The position numbers and the translations under genes are program-made. The notes under the pieces are model-generated. The model did not search any database, was not told the origin of the DNA, and saw nothing but the letters and a program-made list of their open reading frames with translations. A stretch of 64,000 bases of DNA from a virus (Duplodnaviria; Heunggongvirae; Uroviricota; Caudoviricetes), in IMG/VR virus record IMGVR_UViG_3300031370_000003. The stretch is one strand, 5' to 3'. Of the stretch, positions 1-10,141 are shown one piece after another (the first letter of the stretch is position 1; the number at the start of each line of letters is the position of its first letter).

Positions 1-106
1 AATTTCGCGCCAGCGACCACCAGCATGGGAGCAGGGTTTAAGTCATCATCGATGCACCCGCACCAGTTGGATGGTGCTGGCGTTGTTTATTCACATGGAG
101 GTGAAT

Positions 107-451
107 ATGCACGTAGCCTGGCAAACAGAACTCGCTGTTTATCGAAAAGGTGGGATGAACATCTATGGCGAGTCGAAATACCAGTTTGTGAGAAGCACCA
201 AAGTAGGCGTAGTGAATTTTACAGAAGGCGTCGTTAAATCGTCGGTACGAGCTGATAGCTCTGGCAGTCGTGGCAAAGCTGACGTTGAGACATTCAATGC
301 TGTGCTAATTGTGCCCCTGGCTGCTGATGTGAAGCTGGATGACGTATTGGTGATGTCTGGCACTAAGTTGCTGGTGGCGAGCGTAGAGCGTCGTTGGGGG
401 CTTCGTGGGCGCCCTGGTCATTTGGAAGTCGGGGCTAACGTATGGGTCTGA
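107..451 (+). CDS. virion morphogenesis protein (head-tail joining / tail-completion region), family not recognised
   Basis: In-frame part of ORF 71..451; ATG at 107 preceded by GGAGGTG (97-103); lies directly upstream of the tail gene block. Confidence 0.4.
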   Translation: MHVAWQTELAVYRKGGMNIYGESKYQFVRSTKVGVVNFTEGVVKSSVRADSSGSRGKADVETFNAVLIVPLAADVKLDDVLVMSGTKLLVASVERRWGLRGRPGHLEVGANVWV

Positions 452-912
452 GTTACGACGCATCAAAGTTACGACGCCAGGCCAATTCTCTCGATCAGCG
501 TCAAAAAGCGTTTAAGCGCTATCTGCTTCGCGATATGGAGAAGGTGGCGAAAGTGATGGAGCGATTAGCCAGAGCGATGGTGCCGATTGAAACCGGATCA
601 TTGGAAAAGGCGATCTACGCGCGCGTCATCAATAACTTCTCTGAGGTGAAGGTTGAGCTTTATGTCTCCGGTGCAACATCGCGCGAGGGACACCCGGGCG
701 TGACGGTTGGGCAATATGCGGATTACATGCACAACGATCACTACCGGCTTGGCCGATTGTCGAGAATGAAGAGCGTCACCAACCCGCCGATCGAGGGAAT
801 GCGAGCGAGGGTAGGGCGTCTCTACATGGAACGTGCGATTGAAATGGGTGAAAAGCGGTTCAGGGAAGCTGTAACGGAAGCAGCGAGAAAAGCTGGGTTC
901 ACAAGGGGGTGA
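442..912 (+). CDS. virion morphogenesis protein, unassigned (neck/tail-completion candidate)
   Basis: 156-aa ORF overlapping the previous gene by 10 nt (tight operon); position in the head-tail junction region. Confidence 0.4.
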   Translation: MGLSYDASKLRRQANSLDQRQKAFKRYLLRDMEKVAKVMERLARAMVPIETGSLEKAIYARVINNFSEVKVELYVSGATSREGHPGVTVGQYADYMHNDHYRLGRLSRMKSVTNPPIEGMRARVGRLYMERAIEMGEKRFREAVTEAARKAGFTRG

Positions 913-913
913 C

Positions 914-1294
914 ATGTTTATTGAAGCGTTTGCCAAATTTCTTCAGGACAAGAAGCTAGGCGTGATTGGTAAGGACACTTTCGCACATCACATGCCAGCT
1001 TCAGTCAAAAGCGGAATTTTACTGGTGAATCCCAATACTGGTATTGCTATTGACCGCGAGCTTGAAGGCTTTTATCAGGATGTTTTCACTGTAATCATCA
1101 GAGAGCCGACATTGTCTGCGGTGTCGGCCAGAGCTAACAAAATCATGGCTGTTCTGCCGCTTCTTGATACAGAAGTTCAGGGCATCCGGTTTAAATATGT
1201 TAAGCCTCTGTCTCTACCGATTATCTACCCGCAGGATGATGGATCACTGTTCGAAGCTGGTATTCCCGTCGAATTTGCAGCATATCCGGTGTAA
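914..1294 (+). CDS. tail-completion-like protein, unassigned
   Basis: 126-aa ORF; RBS AAGGGGG before ATG 914; immediately precedes the major tail gene as in lambda-like tail operons. Confidence 0.4.
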   Translation: MFIEAFAKFLQDKKLGVIGKDTFAHHMPASVKSGILLVNPNTGIAIDRELEGFYQDVFTVIIREPTLSAVSARANKIMAVLPLLDTEVQGIRFKYVKPLSLPIIYPQDDGSLFEAGIPVEFAAYPV

Positions 1295-1402
1295 TCATCA
1301 TTAAAATAGCCATATGGTTACTTTTTTAAAGTAAAAAATAGCTATATACTTACTTTTGCCGCAAGGAATGCGGCAACCAATGCAAAAAGGAGTTTGTAAA
1401 CA

Positions 1403-2164
1403 ATGGCTAACACCCATGTTAAAAATATCAAATTAGGCGCTTGCAAAGTGTCTTTCGGTGGCCAGGATCTTGGCTACACCAAAGGCGGCGTTGAAGTCGA
1501 GGTTTCTACCGAAACCCTAAAAGTCACCGTTGACCAGCTGGGTCAGACCACCATTTCTGAACTGGTGCAGGGTCGTAACGTAAAAGTTACCGCTCCGCTG
1601 GCCGAAAGTGTTCTGGCGAACCTGGTTAACCTGATGCCTGGCTCAACCATGTCTGCCGACAAAAACACCCTGTCTATCAGCTCCGCTCAGGGCGTCAACC
1701 TCGTTGACGTTGCTCAGGAGTTGATCCTGACTCCGCAGGATGGCACCGATTTCGTGCTGACTCTGCCGAAGGCGGCAACGGCGGGTAACTTCACCATGGC
1801 CTACAAATCCGATGACGTTCGCGTGTTCTCCGTTGATTTCAACGCATACCCGGACGAGGACGGCATTCTGGGAACCATGACCAACCCAAAGCCTGATGCC
1901 GGTGATGCGTCTGTCGCAGTTACCGGCGTAGCTGTTAACCCAACCACCGCGAACATCGCTGTGGGCGGTACTACCCAGCTGGCCGCAGTATTCGCCCCTA
2001 CCAACGCCACCGATAAAACCGGTACGTGGGTATCGAGCAACACTGCTGTAGTCACTGTTGATAGCACCGGCAAGGTAACAGGTAAAGCTGCGGGTAATGC
2101 CCAGATCACCTTCACCACCACTGACGGCGCGAAGACTGCAACAGCAGCCATCACCGTAGCGTAA
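1403..2164 (+). CDS. major tail tube protein with C-terminal Ig-like (Big_2-type) domain
   Basis: Strong RBS AAGGAG 8 nt upstream. C-terminal ~80 aa (VTGVAVNPTTANIAVGGTTQLAAVFAPTNATDKTGTWVSSNTAVVTVDSTGKVTGKAAGNAQITFTT...) is a typical bacterial Ig-like fold decorating phage tail tubes (as in lambda gpV). Followed by a strong terminator and chaperone genes. Confidence 0.7.
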   Translation: MANTHVKNIKLGACKVSFGGQDLGYTKGGVEVEVSTETLKVTVDQLGQTTISELVQGRNVKVTAPLAESVLANLVNLMPGSTMSADKNTLSISSAQGVNLVDVAQELILTPQDGTDFVLTLPKAATAGNFTMAYKSDDVRVFSVDFNAYPDEDGILGTMTNPKPDAGDASVAVTGVAVNPTTANIAVGGTTQLAAVFAPTNATDKTGTWVSSNTAVVTVDSTGKVTGKAAGNAQITFTTTDGAKTATAAITVA

Positions 2165-2169
2165 CCCTA

Positions 2170-2196
2170 AAGAGGCTCAGGACGAGCCTCTTATTT
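2170..2196 (+). terminator. rho-independent terminator after major tail gene
   Basis: Stem AGAGGCTC / GAGCCTCT (2171-2178 / 2184-2191), loop AGGAC, followed by TATTT. Confidence 0.7.
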
Positions 2197-2204
2197 AAAC
2201 GGAA

Positions 2205-2528
2205 TTGAAAATGACCAAATTACTCGACCTGGATGCCATTTCGCCTCCACAAAAATCAGTCAAGTTCGGCGGCAAAAAGTACCCGATCGTTGAAATGACC
2301 GTTGGCTTGTTTGTTGCCATCAAGCAGATGGAAGGCAAAGACCTGGCGGCTCTGTCTATGGCAGATCAGGTAACCGCATATGCAGATTTGGTGCAGAAAT
2401 TACTGCCGACCGTCACGTCTGAAGCGCTCCAAAAGCTGACTTTGCCTCAGCTGCAGCAAGTCTTCACCTTCGCAATGGAAGTGGTTGAAGAAGAAAACGA
2501 AAAAGCTGCTGGTGAAGAAGCAAAGTAA
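2205..2528 (+). CDS. tail assembly chaperone (lambda gpG-like)
   Basis: 107-aa acidic C-terminus; position between major tail and tape measure; followed by a -1 frame ORF ending at the tape-measure start. Confidence 0.6.
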   Translation: MKMTKLLDLDAISPPQKSVKFGGKKYPIVEMTVGLFVAIKQMEGKDLAALSMADQVTAYADLVQKLLPTVTSEALQKLTLPQLQQVFTFAMEVVEEENEKAAGEEAK

Positions 2529-2551
2529 TCACCCGCGATGAGTCCGGGCAG

Positions 2552-2881
2552 ATGGTGACGGTTTCCATCGATCTCGGATTCTATTTCAGTCGTGTTGTTG
2601 CTCACTATGCCGTCTCGCCGATAGAGCTACTCCAGCTACCGCTGGCCATGTTTTGGATGTTAAGCCGAAACATTGATCGTCTCCGGGCTGAAGAGGATGT
2701 CCGTAGATTCCAGGTGGCAAGGGTCGCCCAGGCAGATGCGGATAGCGGCAAGGCGTTTATGGAGGGTTTGCAACACCGTATTGGAAGACCAGTCGTTACC
2801 GATAAAGTCTACGATCCAAGTTATGCGAAAGCAGACCCCGACGCCAAAGAGCAACTGATGAAAATATTTGGCGCAGGATGA
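2552..2881 (+). CDS. -1 frameshift extension of the tail assembly chaperone (gpGT-like)
   Basis: ORF in the -1 frame relative to 2205..2528, ending 8 nt before the tape measure start. A-rich run CGAAAAAGC at ~2505-2513 near the end of the G-like ORF is a candidate slippery site; arrangement matches the conserved G/GT programmed frameshift. Confidence 0.45.
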   Translation: MVTVSIDLGFYFSRVVAHYAVSPIELLQLPLAMFWMLSRNIDRLRAEEDVRRFQVARVAQADADSGKAFMEGLQHRIGRPVVTDKVYDPSYAKADPDAKEQLMKIFGAG

Positions 2882-2888
2882 CAAGGGA

Positions 2889-5800
2889 ATGTCTGACAAC
2901 GTAGAGTTTATTCTGTCGCTGGACGATAAAAAGTTCACCGCGGCAATCGACCGGGCGGGAAAACTGCTGGTCAGTTTTGGCGAGAAGGCCACAAAGCCAG
3001 CGCAAAAAATCGCAACACTTGAGCGTTCTCTGGGTTCCGTTGCCGGGATTCTGGGTACGCTCGACAAAAAGCTGGAATCGGTCGCCAATGGTCTTCAGGA
3101 CTTAGGCGCCGGTTTCGAGCTTGTCTCTAAGGCAATGCGCGACACCAGACAAGAGCTGGTGACGTTTAATGCCAACCTCAAAACCTACACCACATGTATT
3201 GACGCCGCCGACAAAGCCACGAAGGGGTTTCATCATTCCTTGCAGGCTGTTCAGTCAGAGCTGAGCGACTTCTCTGATTGGGCTAATCACGCTGGACGTG
3301 CAGCCTCATCCTTTGGCCATGAGGTCAAAGAGGCTAATACAGCCACCTCCGGTATGAACACTCGTTTGTCCAACTCCAGCAAGCGAATGGAGAATTGGGC
3401 TGCATCGTCCACCAAAGCCGCTGCCCAGATGAAAAAGGTCGTGGCGGAGATGGATGCGCTGATTAACCGCCAAAGAGAATTGGGCAATCTGCGAGCGGAT
3501 GTGCGTGGCCCTGGTCGTGGTGGTTCCGGTGGAAGTTCGAGCGGTTCCGGTGGCGGTTCCGGTCGTGGTGGTCGTCACTCAAGCGGCGGGCTGATGGACG
3601 GCATGAAAGGCAATATCTTCATGCTCGGTGAAATCGGTGATGCAGCTTATACCGTTCAGCAGATGTTGTTTGGTTGGCAGGTGCCGATCGTCGAAGCAGC
3701 AGCCCAGATGCAGAAGATGCGCATCTTGCTTGAAGGCATGAACAAAGAAGCTGCCAACCCGAAGCTGGCTGCGACTAATGACATGAATTACATCGTGAAC
3801 ATGGCTAAAACAGCCCCGTTCGCAATGGAAGCTCTGACAGACGCATTCGTTAAATTCAAATCAGCTGGCATCGATCCCGCCAATGGCTCTCTAAAGTCGC
3901 TGGTTGACTCTGTGGCACGTTTTGGTGGCGATAGTGAGCTGTTGAAGCGAGCAGCTGTGGCAATCCAGCAGATGTCCGGTAAGGGCGTCATTTCGATGGA
4001 AGAGCTGCGTCAGCAATTAGGTGAAGCCGTTCCTACCGCGATGCAGGCAATGGCAGATTCCGCTGGCGTTACCATGGGGCAACTGACCAAGGCGATTTCT
4101 ACCGGTACTGTCTCAGCGAAGCAGGGTTTAGAGCTGTTATTCCAGGGGCTTGATGCTCAAAGCCGTGGTGCAGCCGAAAATCTGATGCAGGCATACAGTG
4201 GGGCGCTGGCGCAACTCCAGACCTCATTCACTCTGTTTGCTGATCGTATTGGTCGTGCCGGCTACCTCGAATCCATCACTAAAGCCTTCAAAGAGCTGTC
4301 CAATTACATGAACAGCACTGACGGTAAGGTGTTTGCGCAGGATCTGGGCGAGGGGTTGTCCACTGCGGTAAATGCGTTGATGGACATGGCGAAGTGGGCG
4401 GAGCGCAACAAAGAGCTGCTTCTCACTCTCGGCCAGGCTGCTTTGGCGTTGATCGGCTTTAAGGTGCTGAAAGGTACTGTGACGGGGCTGGCCACCGCAG
4501 GGACGCAAATGGGTGGTAGCCTCAAAAAAGCCTTTGAGGTCGTAAATGGCGCTGGCGCGAAAACAATCAGTGTAATTGCCGGTGTGGTTAAAACATTCCG
4601 TGATTTCGGCGGTACCGCGGCGATGATCATCTATGTAGGTGAGGCCATTAAGATGGTTCGCACTGCATGGCTGGCATTCCAGGCAGTGATTGTGGCTAAC
4701 CCTGTGGGCGCAGCCATTACAGCGATCGCTGTAGCGGTCGGTGGCTTAATCGCCGTTATGACGTCGCTGCGTGACAAAACTGCCGAAACAGTGGCGGAGA
4801 TTCGTAAGATCCCTGAAGCGATGACAGCCGCCCAGCGATCTCAGATGACCGCTCGTATCAAGCAACTGGAGAGCCAGAACAGCGGCGATCAGCAGACTCT
4901 TGAAGCGATGAAGAGTGGCGGCCTGTCATCCTCAGCAATTGGCGTAGATCAGAAGGCACTTCAGTCGCGGTTAGAAGCAAACCAGAAGGAGTTGGCTCAG
5001 CTTAAAGAGACCGTTGGTATGGGTGATAAAGCCCAATACGAGAACCTGGCGCGCGACATTGTCACCAAACGTCTGGAAGACGTAGACAACGGCATCAAAG
5101 CGGGGATGGCGCAGTACAGCACAACCACTCTCAAGGATGCGCGTAATAAGCGCACGGTGCTTTCGCAAGACCAGAAAATGTCTCCTTCTGAGAAAAGCGC
5201 GCAGCTGGAATCAATCAACGCTTCCGATCGCGATGCTCATCTTAAGCCATTCCTTGAAGGGGCAGACAAAACCCAAAAGATCGTCGATAGCCTTGGGCAA
5301 GAGGTTGTTCGAATTACGAAACTGCTGGAAAACCCGAATCTGAATGACAGCGATCGCTCGCGTCTGCAAGGTCAATTAAATGGCCAATCTCAGGCATTTA
5401 ACACCGCGCAGGAGTCACTCAGCAGCCTCCAGGGGCAAATTAAGAACATCCGTGAGCAATCTGGCAAGGGTTTGCAGATGCTGGATGGCTCTTATTACAC
5501 CGGGGTTGGCGGTACCAAAAAGCAAGATGATCGTCTGAACTCACTGTTTGTTAATTCCCAGCTCGGTACTGGCAAACAAACTCGAATGAATCCAGACGGC
5601 ACAATCATGCGTGATATTGCCGGTGATGCTGTGATGGGTGATGCCCAGCTGAAGGCCAACACTAAGCTGCGTTCCATCTACGGCGAAACCATCAAGATGG
5701 AGCAGCTGACCGCAGATCAGCGCGAGAAGATCTCTTCCATCCTGACCGCAGCAAAGCTGAAGGATGAGCAAAAAGCGCAGCGCGCAGCTGAGCGAGCGGG

Positions 5801-7487
5801 GAAATCGGCTGAGGCAGCTGCTAAGCGTGAGGAGAGTGCGCGTCAAAAGGCAATTAAGGCCAATGAGACGTGGATCGGAAAAGCGGAGCAGATGGCCGGT
5901 CAGCTGGGGCTGTCATCGAAAGCGAGCGTTGAGTTCGACCAGAACATTCAGGAAGTCACCAAGCACCTGACTGAGATGGCTAACGCAGTGCCAAGCGATA
6001 CGCTTTCCAAGGGGATGATCGACAACGCCAAAACTATGCTGGCGTTCATCAACCAGAACAAGGACGCCTACTCCAAGCGGCTGAATCAAGACGCTGCCGA
6101 GCAGAGCATTACCAAGTTCGCGCCGATGGCCAATAAGGTGATCAGCTCAGGCTACACCCCGGATTATCAATCTGCCGCGGCCGAGTGGAATAAGAAGTTT
6201 AACGAAAGCCTTGCTTACCTCCAGAGTCAGTCGAAGAACGCACAAGACCAGGGCATGAAAGAGGTGTACGACCGTGCAATCTCACAAATGTTGGCTGGCC
6301 GAAATAAAGCGTTTATTACCGAAGTTGGTACGTCCCAGCAGAAGTTGGCGCAGGAATACAGCGATGTAGCCTCGCAAATGGAATCTGTGTGGACGAGCTG
6401 CTTCGAAAACCTGACCGATAAGCTGACCGAGTTCGTCAAAACCGGCAAGTTCAGCATCGCTGATTTTGGCGATTACATCTTTGACGAGATGTTGAAGGTT
6501 AGCACCAAGGCTCTGGTTGTTGAGCCGCTTATGCAGTCGCTGGGCATGGGTACAAACTCAGGTGCCAGTTGGGGCGATAAGCTGTCGGGAGCCAAAGATG
6601 CGGTCATCGGGAGCTTCACTAAAACCCAGCAGTCAGGTTCTCCAGTTGAGGCAATGTCTTCACCAACCAGCGCCGGTAATGATTCTGGCAGCATGTTTGA
6701 GGGGCTGAAGAACTCCTTCAAGTCACTGACCACATCAGTATCGGATCTGGCGTCATCAGGTTTGAAAAGCCTGAAAGATGGCTTCAACGAACTGACCGGC
6801 AGCACCAAAAACTCGACTTCGGCGGTGACGCAGAATGCAGTCTCTACCCAAGAGGCGACTTCTGCAACGCGCGGATTCACTTTGTCAGCTAGCACGGCTG
6901 TAACTGCGATCGGGGCGACGATTTCAGCGCTAGGCGCTGCTACAGGCAATAAGTGGATGGGGTATGTGGGTGCGGCTGCGAGCATCATGGGGCTTGCATC
7001 ATCTGCGTATGGCGCGATGTCCTCTGCCGGTTGGACAGGAAATTCGGCCAGCACGGTGCAGGATGGAACCAAGGGATTCCAGGTCAAGCCAAATGCCAAC
7101 CAGTTCCAGGTGACGGCACACGCAAAGGGTGGGGTATTCGGTCCAGACGGTGTGGTTCCTCTCAAAAAGTATGCCAAAGGCGGTATTGCATCATCCCCGC
7201 AGCTGGCGTTGTTTGGCGAGGGCAGTCACAAAGAAGCGTATGTGCCACTTCCAGACGGCCGTTCAATTCCGGTGACGTTTACTGGTGGTGGCGAAGGGTC
7301 TGGCGGCGACAGTGTGGCAATTTCCATCACTGTTCAGAACTACGGTGATGGCAGCAGCAAGTCATCTGAGGAATCGGACAACGGCTCTCAGTGGAACGAT
7401 ATGGCCCGCAAAGTGAAGGCGGTCGTGCTTGACACGCTGACCGACGAAAGCAGACCGGGCGGAATGTTAAGCAGTACAAGCAAATAA
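2889..7487 (+). CDS. tail tape measure protein
   Basis: ~1530 aa, long coiled-coil/alpha-helical composition, Gly-rich tract GRGGSGGSSSGSGGGSGRGG, hydrophobic segments mid-protein; position after G/GT. ORF track begins at TTG 2868; first ATG is 2889. Confidence 0.85.
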   Translation: MSDNVEFILSLDDKKFTAAIDRAGKLLVSFGEKATKPAQKIATLERSLGSVAGILGTLDKKLESVANGLQDLGAGFELVSKAMRDTRQELVTFNANLKTYTTCIDAADKATKGFHHSLQAVQSELSDFSDWANHAGRAASSFGHEVKEANTATSGMNTRLSNSSKRMENWAASSTKAAAQMKKVVAEMDALINRQRELGNLRADVRGPGRGGSGGSSSGSGGGSGRGGRHSSGGLMDGMKGNIFMLGEIGDAAYTVQQMLFGWQVPIVEAAAQMQKMRILLEGMNKEAANPKLAATNDMNYIVNMAKTAPFAMEALTDAFVKFKSAGIDPANGSLKSLVDSVARFGGDSELLKRAAVAIQQMSGKGVISMEELRQQLGEAVPTAMQAMADSAGVTMGQLTKAISTGTVSAKQGLELLFQGLDAQSRGAAENLMQAYSGALAQLQTSFTLFADRIGRAGYLESITKAFKELSNYMNSTDGKVFAQDLGEGLSTAVNALMDMAKWAERNKELLLTLGQAALALIGFKVLKGTVTGLATAGTQMGGSLKKAFEVVNGAGAKTISVIAGVVKTFRDFGGTAAMIIYVGEAIKMVRTAWLAFQAVIVANPVGAAITAIAVAVGGLIAVMTSLRDKTAETVAEIRKIPEAMTAAQRSQMTARIKQLESQNSGDQQTLEAMKSGGLSSSAIGVDQKALQSRLEANQKELAQLKETVGMGDKAQYENLARDIVTKRLEDVDNGIKAGMAQYSTTTLKDARNKRTVLSQDQKMSPSEKSAQLESINASDRDAHLKPFLEGADKTQKIVDSLGQEVVRITKLLENPNLNDSDRSRLQGQLNGQSQAFNTAQESLSSLQGQIKNIREQSGKGLQMLDGSYYTGVGGTKKQDDRLNSLFVNSQLGTGKQTRMNPDGTIMRDIAGDAVMGDAQLKANTKLRSIYGETIKMEQLTADQREKISSILTAAKLKDEQKAQRAAERAGKSAEAAAKREESARQKAIKANETWIGKAEQMAGQLGLSSKASVEFDQNIQEVTKHLTEMANAVPSDTLSKGMIDNAKTMLAFINQNKDAYSKRLNQDAAEQSITKFAPMANKVISSGYTPDYQSAAAEWNKKFNESLAYLQSQSKNAQDQGMKEVYDRAISQMLAGRNKAFITEVGTSQQKLAQEYSDVASQMESVWTSCFENLTDKLTEFVKTGKFSIADFGDYIFDEMLKVSTKALVVEPLMQSLGMGTNSGASWGDKLSGAKDAVIGSFTKTQQSGSPVEAMSSPTSAGNDSGSMFEGLKNSFKSLTTSVSDLASSGLKSLKDGFNELTGSTKNSTSAVTQNAVSTQEATSATRGFTLSASTAVTAIGATISALGAATGNKWMGYVGAAASIMGLASSAYGAMSSAGWTGNSASTVQDGTKGFQVKPNANQFQVTAHAKGGVFGPDGVVPLKKYAKGGIASSPQLALFGEGSHKEAYVPLPDGRSIPVTFTGGGEGSGGDSVAISITVQNYGDGSSKSSEESDNGSQWNDMARKVKAVVLDTLTDESRPGGMLSSTSK

Positions 7488-7497
7488 GGAGTGGGTA

Positions 7498-7830
7498 ATG
7501 TCACGGACGACATTTACCTGGTTCCCGTTGTTTGATTCCGAGAAGGAGATGAAGCCGGAAGTAACCCGGCTCGCCTTCAACGAAGGGTATGAACAACGTG
7601 TAACCAGTGGTTTGAACTGGCGCAAGTCCAGCTGGGATCTGCAATTCCAGGGAACACGAGCTGAGATGCAGGAGATCGACGACTTCCTGTATGCGCGCGG
7701 CGGGGTGGAGTCATTTAACTGGACTTCACCAAACGGGCAAAAGGTTGTCGTGGTGAGCGATAGCCATAAGGTCAAAAACTCACGAGGGTACGCGACCTTG
7801 ACCACAACTTTCCGCCAGGTATTTGAGTAA
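7498..7830 (+). CDS. minor tail protein (lambda gpM-like)
   Basis: 110 aa directly after tape measure; RBS AGGAG; size and position match lambda M. Confidence 0.65.
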   Translation: MSRTTFTWFPLFDSEKEMKPEVTRLAFNEGYEQRVTSGLNWRKSSWDLQFQGTRAEMQEIDDFLYARGGVESFNWTSPNGQKVVVVSDSHKVKNSRGYATLTTTFRQVFE

Positions 7831-7877
7831 TTAAAGCCCCCAAGGATGGGGGCAAAACTTCAAGGATGAAGGTAAAA

Positions 7878-8576
7878 ATGGAAACTATTGCATCGAGCAT
7901 TCAGTCACTGCAACCGAGTGCGCTGATTGAAGTGTTTGAGTTGGATATGTCAGTAACCACCAGCGGTGGGAAGCTGTACTTTCACGCAGGCACCAACGAA
8001 CTCTCTGAGCCAATCATTTGGCAGGGGGTAACCTATAACCCATGGCCAATTGCGGCATCGGGCTTCGATAAAAATGGCCAGGGCAAGTTGCCACGGCCAA
8101 AACTGCAGGTGAGTAACCTCGATGGCATTATTTCGGCTGAAGTGCAGTCGAATGAGGATTTGATCGGCTGTAAGCTGATTCGTCGGGTCACGCTCGCTCG
8201 ATTTTTGGATGCTGTCAATTTTACTGAGGGCAACCCTACAGCTGACCCTAACCAGCATTTTGCCGATGAAATGTGGTACATCGACCAGAAGACTTTTGAG
8301 GATCGCGAGATTGTTGAGTTTGAGCTTGCCTCAGCATTCGATTTGATGGGAGTTATGCTGCCTAACCGCCAGATCGTCAAAAACTCATGCCAGTGGCGGT
8401 ATCGAAGCGCTGAGTGCGGTTATACCGGTCCCTACTTTGACAAAAATGATGCGCCAACCAAACTGGCCAGCGCCGACTATTGCACCAAGCGATTGTCATC
8501 GTGCCGTGCTCGGATTAATTACTTTGCCAACGGCATCATTGCGTTTGGCGGGTTCCCCGGAGCAAACCGCGCATGA
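7878..8576 (+). CDS. minor tail protein (lambda gpL-like) with C-terminal Cys cluster
   Basis: ~232 aa; C-terminal cysteines CQWRYRSAECGYTG...C...C consistent with the Fe-S cluster of gpL family; synteny M-L-K-I-J. Confidence 0.7.
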   Translation: METIASSIQSLQPSALIEVFELDMSVTTSGGKLYFHAGTNELSEPIIWQGVTYNPWPIAASGFDKNGQGKLPRPKLQVSNLDGIISAEVQSNEDLIGCKLIRRVTLARFLDAVNFTEGNPTADPNQHFADEMWYIDQKTFEDREIVEFELASAFDLMGVMLPNRQIVKNSCQWRYRSAECGYTGPYFDKNDAPTKLASADYCTKRLSSCRARINYFANGIIAFGGFPGANRA

Positions 8577-9349
8577 TGAAGAATGAAATGATGAATGAAA
8601 AGTTGCTTGGCGCTATGCGCCTTGCAGCTTTGCAGGAATATCCGAATGAGGCTTGCGGCCTGCTTGTTAATACAAGAGCGAACAAATATGAGTTAATTCT
8701 ATGCCGAAACGTCGCTGATGATCCTGAAAACTATTTTGTCATGCACGCCGAAGACCAAATTGCAGCTGAGAGAGCTGGCGAGGTAGTGGGTGTTTGGCAT
8801 TCGCATACTGACGAGGATAATCAGGCATCTGAGGCAGATATGTCTGGTTGTGAAGCATCAGAGTTGCCGTGGTTTATTGTCAACATCAGCAAAAACTACA
8901 ATCCTGAAATTGATGCAGAGTATCGTTTTAGTGATGTAAATGTGATCAAGCCATCTGGATTTGAAATGCCTTATGAGGGAAGGCCTTACGCATTTGGGGT
9001 ATTTGATTGCTGGTTGCTGTGCCGAGATTATTTAAAGCGTGAGAAAAATGTGGCTATTGGCGTCTGCCCTGAGTTGCATATCCCATCGTGGTGGGAAAAG
9101 GGGGTTGATATTTTAAACGACAACTTCCAATCGCAGGATCTTGTAAGATTGCCACCGGGAACCCCACGTCAAAATGGCGACATTTTCTTCATGCAGTTAG
9201 CATCGCAAGTTCCTGATCACTGTGCAGTTTACATTGGCGATGGTATGATATTGCATCATCAAATGGATAGATTGAGCTGTAAAGCAATTTATGGCGGGAT
9301 GTACGAAAAGCACACTACGCACCATTTGAGACACAAGGATTTAATGTGA
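8573..9349 (+). CDS. tail assembly protein (lambda gpK-like; JAB/MPN plus NlpC/P60 domains)
   Basis: ATGA overlap with previous gene; JAMM-like HSHTDEDNQASEADM motif and a C-terminal Cys...His papain-like region (CWLLCRDY...H); synteny. Confidence 0.7.
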   Translation: MMKNEMMNEKLLGAMRLAALQEYPNEACGLLVNTRANKYELILCRNVADDPENYFVMHAEDQIAAERAGEVVGVWHSHTDEDNQASEADMSGCEASELPWFIVNISKNYNPEIDAEYRFSDVNVIKPSGFEMPYEGRPYAFGVFDCWLLCRDYLKREKNVAIGVCPELHIPSWWEKGVDILNDNFQSQDLVRLPPGTPRQNGDIFFMQLASQVPDHCAVYIGDGMILHHQMDRLSCKAIYGGMYEKHTTHHLRHKDLM

Positions 9350-9358
9350 GGGAAGACA

Positions 9359-9988
9359 ATGAGTGAAATGGCTATGGATAAGCCTGAACTTGTCACTGTC
9401 GAATTAGGTGGAGTTTTAGGTAAAAACTTTGGCAAGGTTCATCGCGTTGCTGCAAATACTGTCCGGCGCGCAGTAAGTATTATTGACTGTAATCGCCCTG
9501 GTCTCGTAACCTGGATGAAGATGAACGCTAAGAAATATCAGAAGTATCATATTTCAGTCGAGCGTCATGATGGTGCAGCCTACGATATGAGTGAAGCCGA
9601 GTTCCAAATGGAAAATAACGGAAGCATGAAATCGATCAGAATCACACCAATTTATCGTGGCTCTGGATCAAAGGTTGTCGGTGCGGTTCAGGTTGTTGTT
9701 GGTGTTATTTTGATGGTTGTGGCAGTGTTTGCATCGTCAGTAACCGGTGGTGCTTCATTGGCAATGTTTTCTGCTGGTTTTGCTATGGCCTTCGGTGGTG
9801 TTGCAGCGCTCTTGTCCAAGCAGCCATCAAATAAAATGACGACCGTTGACAATAAAGACTCGTACTACTTTGATGGGCCGCAAAATACAGTATCTCAAGG
9901 CAACCCCGTACAGCTGATTTACGGTAAAGAGATTTTAGTCGGCTCCCAGATTGTCAGTGTCAAGATGTCTGTTGAGCAGATGCTTTAG
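9359..9988 (+). CDS. tail assembly protein (lambda gpI-like)
   Basis: 209 aa with a long hydrophobic Gly/Ala/Val-rich segment; position between K-like and J-like genes. Confidence 0.6.
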   Translation: MSEMAMDKPELVTVELGGVLGKNFGKVHRVAANTVRRAVSIIDCNRPGLVTWMKMNAKKYQKYHISVERHDGAAYDMSEAEFQMENNGSMKSIRITPIYRGSGSKVVGAVQVVVGVILMVVAVFASSVTGGASLAMFSAGFAMAFGGVAALLSKQPSNKMTTVDNKDSYYFDGPQNTVSQGNPVQLIYGKEILVGSQIVSVKMSVEQML

Positions 9989-10141
9989 TGCAAAACACTA
10001 TGCCAGGCTTAGACGTTTGCGGTGGTGGCTAAGGTAGATTAAGTAAAACAGTTGGGCATTGACAGGATGTTGATGCCCAACCAATCGCCGGCAGGATGCC
10101 AGCGATCACACATAAATTGCACCAAAAAAGGGAGATTTTCG

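Noticed and set aside
25-363. ORFs 25..237 (+) and 163..363 (-) at the window edge
   Set aside because: They overlap the better-supported 107..451 gene in other frames or strands, lack RBS and have odd composition; likely spurious
2868-2888. TTG 2868 as tape-measure start (as in ORF track)
   Set aside because: It overlaps the end of the GT-like ORF. ATG 2889 follows AAGGGA and is the first canonical start, though spacing is tight. The exact start remains uncertain
6473-7177. 234-aa minus-strand ORF and other antisense ORFs inside the tape measure gene
   Set aside because: Fully contained in a long, well-supported plus-strand gene; no RBS; compositionally the mirror of the Gly/Ala-rich sense frame
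10052-10141. ATG 10052 as start of the J-like gene
   Set aside because: The first 30 residues (MGIDRMLMPNQSPAGCQRSHINCTKKGRFS) lack the J-like N-terminal pattern and there is no RBS. GTG 10142 has AAGGGAG at proper spacing and begins the conserved region
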